From contig CAWIGG010000005.1 of the NCBI GenBank assembly GCA_963835575.1, positions 288,001 through 352,000 on the forward strand: 64,000 nucleotides of DNA. Reading direction: 5' to 3'. The notes beneath the pieces were generated by a model. It made no database searches. It was not told where the DNA came from and worked only from the letters and a program-made list of their open reading frames with translations. Positions within the stretch are counted from its first letter, which is position 1, and the number at the start of each line of letters is the position of its first letter. Made by a program: the position numbers and the translations under genes. The DNA is from an uncultured Spirochaetota bacterium. GTDB lineage: Bacteria > Spirochaetota > Brevinematia > Brevinematales > JAOACQ01. Shown in pieces: positions 59,947 to 64,000 of this stretch.

Positions 59947-60920
59947 AAACGGAACGCTCCCATTCTATTTGTCAATCCGTCCCGGAGCGCCTTCCGGATA
60001 ATATTGCTCTTTTTTATGTTTCCCTTCACAAAATGAAAAACCACGCGTAAAACATTTTTCATAACAGCATAGAGAAGCGCGGAATATTTTTGAAATCCGG
60101 TGAAATTTTTCTTTACAAAATAGATTTGATTTCTTGCCATATAGTATTTGATCAATAAATCCCCGCCCGATCCGACTGCGGCCGAGACTTTATGGTAGAT
60201 TTTTGATCCCGGAATATACCGGATCTTATAGCCCGCTTTTTTTACCCGCCACGCCCAGTCGCTTTCTTCATAATACAGGAAATACTTTTCATCCATCAGG
60301 CTGGCTTCTTTAATCACTTTTGAGCGGATGAATAAAAGACATCCGGTGATATAATCCAGATCGGCCGGCGCCGAATTGACCTCATTATCCGTTTCATTCA
60401 GCCCGAAATGCCGCGATTCGGCGCTGAAAAGGCTGATCATTCCCCCGCCAGCGGCCCAGATCCTTTCCGGATGGTCGTAATAATAAATCTTTCCGCCGGC
60501 CATGCCGATTTCAGGGTCTTTTTCGCAGGCTTCAACCAGCGGGGCAAGAAAATCCGCATCCACAGTTGTATCGTTGTTGAGAAGTAGAATGTATTCCGCC
60601 TTGTTTTTTAAAGCGAATTCAATCGCGATATTGTTGCCCCCGGCAAAGCCGCGGTTGGAAACAGTTTCAATAAAGATCAGGCGGGATTTGACGGATTTCT
60701 CCGGCAGGAAATCATTTTCCAGATTGATAAAATAAAAATCGGCGGCATTGTTCTCCGCCCACCGCCTGAGGCGGTAAAAGGAATCATCCGTTGAATGATT
60801 GTCGCAGACAATGATCTGATAATTAATGTAATTAATATTCAACAGGCTCTCAATACACTCAACGGTATCCCGCCATCGATTGTAATTCAGCAAAATGATC
60901 GCGACTTTTTTTCTTAGCAT
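59943..60920 (-). CDS. Glycosyltransferase family 2
   Basis: IILLNYN, VCDNHSTD, NRGFAGGNN, LLLNND, ITGCLL, YYEESD. Confidence 0.95.
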   Translation of the reverse strand: MLRKKVAIILLNYNRWRDTVECIESLLNINYINYQIIVCDNHSTDDSFYRLRRWAENNAADFYFINLENDFLPEKSVKSRLIFIETVSNRGFAGGNNIAIEFALKNKAEYILLLNNDTTVDADFLAPLVEACEKDPEIGMAGGKIYYYDHPERIWAAGGGMISLFSAESRHFGLNETDNEVNSAPADLDYITGCLLFIRSKVIKEASLMDEKYFLYYEESDWAWRVKKAGYKIRYIPGSKIYHKVSAAVGSGGDLLIKYYMARNQIYFVKKNFTGFQKYSALLYAVMKNVLRVVFHFVKGNIKKSNIIRKALRDGLTNRMGAFRL

Positions 60921-61430
60921 AATTTTGGAGCACCCTTAAAATAAATGATCTTAGGGCAGTTCAAAAACTTTAATGTTTTTGAACTGCCTTTTATTTTAAT
61001 TCTAAAAAGGAATTAAATCAAAATTTCTATTTTAGCCAACTGATCATATATTTTTTGAAAGACAATAATATTTAACAAGGCGGGAAGAAGTTATTATATG
61101 GTGAGAAATATTATTGTATACTAGCCTTTCATAAAACAAAAAAACAATCTATTATATAATCTCATATCTGACTCATGAAGCCCACCCTCAAAATTCCACT
61201 AAGTGTCCTATATTATATCTGGCATCAAGTAAAACCATCCAGGCAGCTTTGAGAATAACTAAATCCTATAAAATCCGTAACAATCTGTGTCATCCGCGTG
61301 CAGAATCGGATTTTATAATAAGGATTCTATATATTAAGTGTATAATTTCATACTAAAGAGTCGTTAGTAACTTTCGTGCCTTCCCGTCTTGTAAGCTATA
61401 TTTTGGAGAAAAAGTTTACAAAAAATAATT

Positions 61431-61635
61431 CTTCAGTAGAATACCTCCTTGTGGAAGTTGTTGCTCACTACCCGCCTGCCTTCTGGTTTGAAACCAAGGC
61501 ACACAGGAAGATTGCCAACTCCACAAGGACCGTTTTGGTCTCTTAAAACAATTGCCAGGATATTCCCTTGAATAATCCTGTCGCTCATTACAAGGGTGCC
61601 GAAATGGAACGGTCTGATATTTTAATCTGCTGGAG
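61431..61635 (+). ncRNA. Predicted IS110 bridge RNA (target-binding and donor-binding loops)
   Basis: Two stem/internal-loop/hairpin arms (61447-61528, about 61528-61614) whose loops match target and donor junctions. Confidence 0.8.
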
Positions 61636-61641
61636 GAAAAA

Positions 61642-62916
61642 ATGCTAATCCGGGATGCTATCGGGATTGATCCCGATTCACAACAGTATGTGTGTATGTA
61701 TGTCAAAGCGGAAGACTGGAAAACGGAACGGAAAGCCTTTCCGGTTACCACAAGCGGCCTTGATAATCTGATCGAATGGACTCGGTCGAAAAATGACCCG
61801 ATTATCGCCATCGAGGGAAGCAACGGGCAGAGTAAGCCCTTAGAGAAAGTGCTTCGTAAGGAATCGATGACCTATTACTCGTTTAAAGCAAGGGATGTTG
61901 AACAAAAGAGGAAAAGCCAGCTCCCGGCGGGAAAGAACAACGAAAAGGATGCTCATGCCGCCGCTCTTTTGGCTTTAGAGCGTGAAATGAACGGTTCTCT
62001 GGAAAAATGGAGAAGGGTCTATCCTGTTGACAGCGAATTACAGACGATAACCCGGAAATATGAAAGTGTAAGCGGCAGGATCACAGAGGAAATATCCGGG
62101 CTGTGGAAGCTTTTATGCGAGGCTTCCCCGGATGTTTACCTGTTCTTAAGCGGCAAGAATATGGAGACGGATAACAGACGTAATGTTTTGAATAGCGCAG
62201 GAGTACTGAATTTGCTGTGTAATTGTCCCGATTTAAGCCAATGGAGGAGATTAAGCGCGGAGAAAATGAAAGAGCTGATGGGTGGAGGCTCTTATAGAGG
62301 CCGGGATAAGACCATCGCCGGCTTACAGGTAATAGCCCAAAGAATCTTGGGTGTAGCGGGCCCCATTTCCATGATGATCCGGCAATCTGCTGAAAATATT
62401 ATTCTTTTGAAAGGCCATAAGGAAGAAATGAAGAAGATTTTGGATAATCTGGCTGAATCCAGGGAAGCTGTCCGGGTTTTAGCCTATGACGAATCCAATG
62501 GCAATGGGTTGAAAGGAATCGGCGTGATCACTGCCTCTACGATGATAGCCGAGATTATTCATATCAATCGTTTTGTTAAAGAGGACAGCCTGGCGTTATA
62601 TGCGGGATTCGGTATGGTGGAAGATGAAACCGGAAAGAAAAATAGGGGTGAAAGAAAGAAGATGAAACATACTCACGATTATAACCGCCGTTTGAAAAAC
62701 GCCTTTATGAACGCGGCCAAGAACTTTGTTCACTGGAATCCGGACCACCATATTTCCGGCATGCACAGGAATTTGATAAAAAATGGAATGAGCAGGCTCG
62801 AAGCGAATAAAAGGGTTGCCAGAGCATTAGTCCGTAAGATATTTCGGATATTAAAGGACTATGAGTCTGAAAATATAAGGAAAATGGAAGAAAACGGGGT
62901 GGCAAAAGTGGGTTAG
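61642..62916 (+). CDS. IS110-family recombinase
   Basis: IGID, AIEG, KNNEKDA RuvC-like domain; KGIGVITA..AEI..RF..LALYAG..ETG..NRRLK Tnp domain. Confidence 0.92.
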   Translation: MLIRDAIGIDPDSQQYVCMYVKAEDWKTERKAFPVTTSGLDNLIEWTRSKNDPIIAIEGSNGQSKPLEKVLRKESMTYYSFKARDVEQKRKSQLPAGKNNEKDAHAAALLALEREMNGSLEKWRRVYPVDSELQTITRKYESVSGRITEEISGLWKLLCEASPDVYLFLSGKNMETDNRRNVLNSAGVLNLLCNCPDLSQWRRLSAEKMKELMGGGSYRGRDKTIAGLQVIAQRILGVAGPISMMIRQSAENIILLKGHKEEMKKILDNLAESREAVRVLAYDESNGNGLKGIGVITASTMIAEIIHINRFVKEDSLALYAGFGMVEDETGKKNRGERKKMKHTHDYNRRLKNAFMNAAKNFVHWNPDHHISGMHRNLIKNGMSRLEANKRVARALVRKIFRILKDYESENIRKMEENGVAKVG

Positions 62917-63060
62917 AAACCCTGCGGAAATATTCCGCGAGCAACACCTCCATTTTCTTCCGCCTTTATTATATCGAACTACTGAGGTTTTTTAAATATT
63001 TTGATTGTTTTTTTCTTGACTTAACTAAAACAATCTTCCTGTGAAAAAACACTTTGTTTA

Positions 63061-63999
63061 TCACTTCATCCTCTTCTCAATTTCTGAATGGAGCTTTTCA
63101 ATGCTGCTTTCCCAGAGAAAATTCTTTCTTGAGTTTTCTATGATCCCTTTATAATACCGCGCTATTTTTTTTCTCCCTGAAATAATTGCCTCCAGTTCCC
63201 GGCAAAGGGCTTTCAAATCGCCGGTCTTGATGATCGAGCCTAACTCGCCTTTATTGACCGCGTCTTCCGCCGAGCCGACATTTGTCGAGATAATATAGTC
63301 GCCGAAATAGAGGGCTTCAACCAGAACAATACCGAAACTTTCCCAGAGCGAAGTCATGCAGAACACTTTCGCCCTGTTATACCATTGATAGAGGCCTTTT
63401 CTGTCATTAATATTTCCCGTAAAAATCACCTTTTCTTTCAGGTCCGGCCGTCCGCGGTAAAAATCCGTGATTTTTTCCCGGAATTTCTCCTCAACCGGCC
63501 CGATGAAAGCGGCCTTCCAGTTTTTGAGGTCAATTTTTTTCAGCGCTTCCATCAGCATAACGCTGTTTTTCTGAACACTTCCTATCCTCCCCACGGTGAT
63601 GATAAGGTTTTCCTTTAGAGCAAAAGTTTTTAATTTCGGGATGTCCTTTTTAAAGATCATATTGTCAAAACCGTTCGGCAGATAAATGGTTTTATCCCTG
63701 ATGGAACGGTAATATTTATTTATTAATGCCTCGCCCTCTCTTGTCTCGATGGAAAATAAACCGACTTTTTTAAAGAAATCAGGACCGTATTTTTTATATA
63801 TAAATCTGTACAGTATATTATTCGTGTCCCAGAATTCCCCCTTTTTCTTTAAATTGATCAGGTCATCGTCCAGCTTGACATAAACAAATCCGGCCGGATT
63901 AAGCCGCTTATAAAGAAGAGCGTTAAGGATTGTGTAGGGAGAAAAATGATAGAGGTTCAGGATATCGATTTTCCCGGCGTTTTTAATGATATAAGAAAA
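63061..63999 (-). CDS. Glycosyltransferase family 4, partial (runs off right edge)
   Basis: Frame open from 63999; YLPNGFD, TVGRIGSVQK, SLWESFGIVLVEA. Confidence 0.92.
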   Translation of the reverse strand, partial: FSYIIKNAGKIDILNLYHFSPYTILNALLYKRLNPAGFVYVKLDDDLINLKKKGEFWDTNNILYRFIYKKYGPDFFKKVGLFSIETREGEALINKYYRSIRDKTIYLPNGFDNMIFKKDIPKLKTFALKENLIITVGRIGSVQKNSVMLMEALKKIDLKNWKAAFIGPVEEKFREKITDFYRGRPDLKEKVIFTGNINDRKGLYQWYNRAKVFCMTSLWESFGIVLVEALYFGDYIISTNVGSAEDAVNKGELGSIIKTGDLKALCRELEAIISGRKKIARYYKGIIENSRKNFLWESSIEKLHSEIEKRMK

Positions 64000-64000
64000 T

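Larger units (their letters stand above)
61388..63036 (+). mobile_element. IS110-family element, bridge-RNA type
   Basis: Shared TCTT (CT core) at 61387-61390 and 63034-63037; no TIR or TSD; leader loops match both junctions. Confidence 0.85.

Noticed and set aside
61416..61823. 135-aa minus-strand ORF over the IS110 leader
   Set aside because: Antisense to the recombinase and bridge RNA; better explained by the RNA structure
1..64000. tRNA, rRNA, CRISPR array, prophage structural genes, reverse transcriptase
   Set aside because: None recognisable by eye; tRNAscan-SE and Infernal would be needed to exclude RNAs formally

Overview
Bacterial chromosomal window from a diderm, flagellated organism; the PilZ, lipoprotein and MotAB content is loosely Spirochaetota-like, but this is not proven. 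Core genes are rplM-rpsI, motAB, exbBD-tonB, GH3, SDR and glycosyltransferases. An AT-rich accessory island (about 5.2-15.3 kb) holds IS21, IS256 and an unrecognised four-gene operon (Panacea/SocA-like, membrane protein, PD-(D/E)XK nuclease, Zn-binding TGT/Beta-like barrel), a candidate new defence system. A 14.6 kb operon encodes a very divergent Opp/Dpp-type ABC importer with large exported proteins and a WD40 lipoprotein. IS1182 interrupts a PEGA/PQQ-propeller gene. For the IS110 element, the ends, CT core, circle-junction promoter and all four bridge-RNA guides can be read directly from the sequence. Intergenic DNA carries degenerate 8-10 nt periodic repeats, REP-like palindromes and MITE-like elements, and several genes are frameshifted or truncated. 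All family calls are by motif recognition only; no database searches were run.
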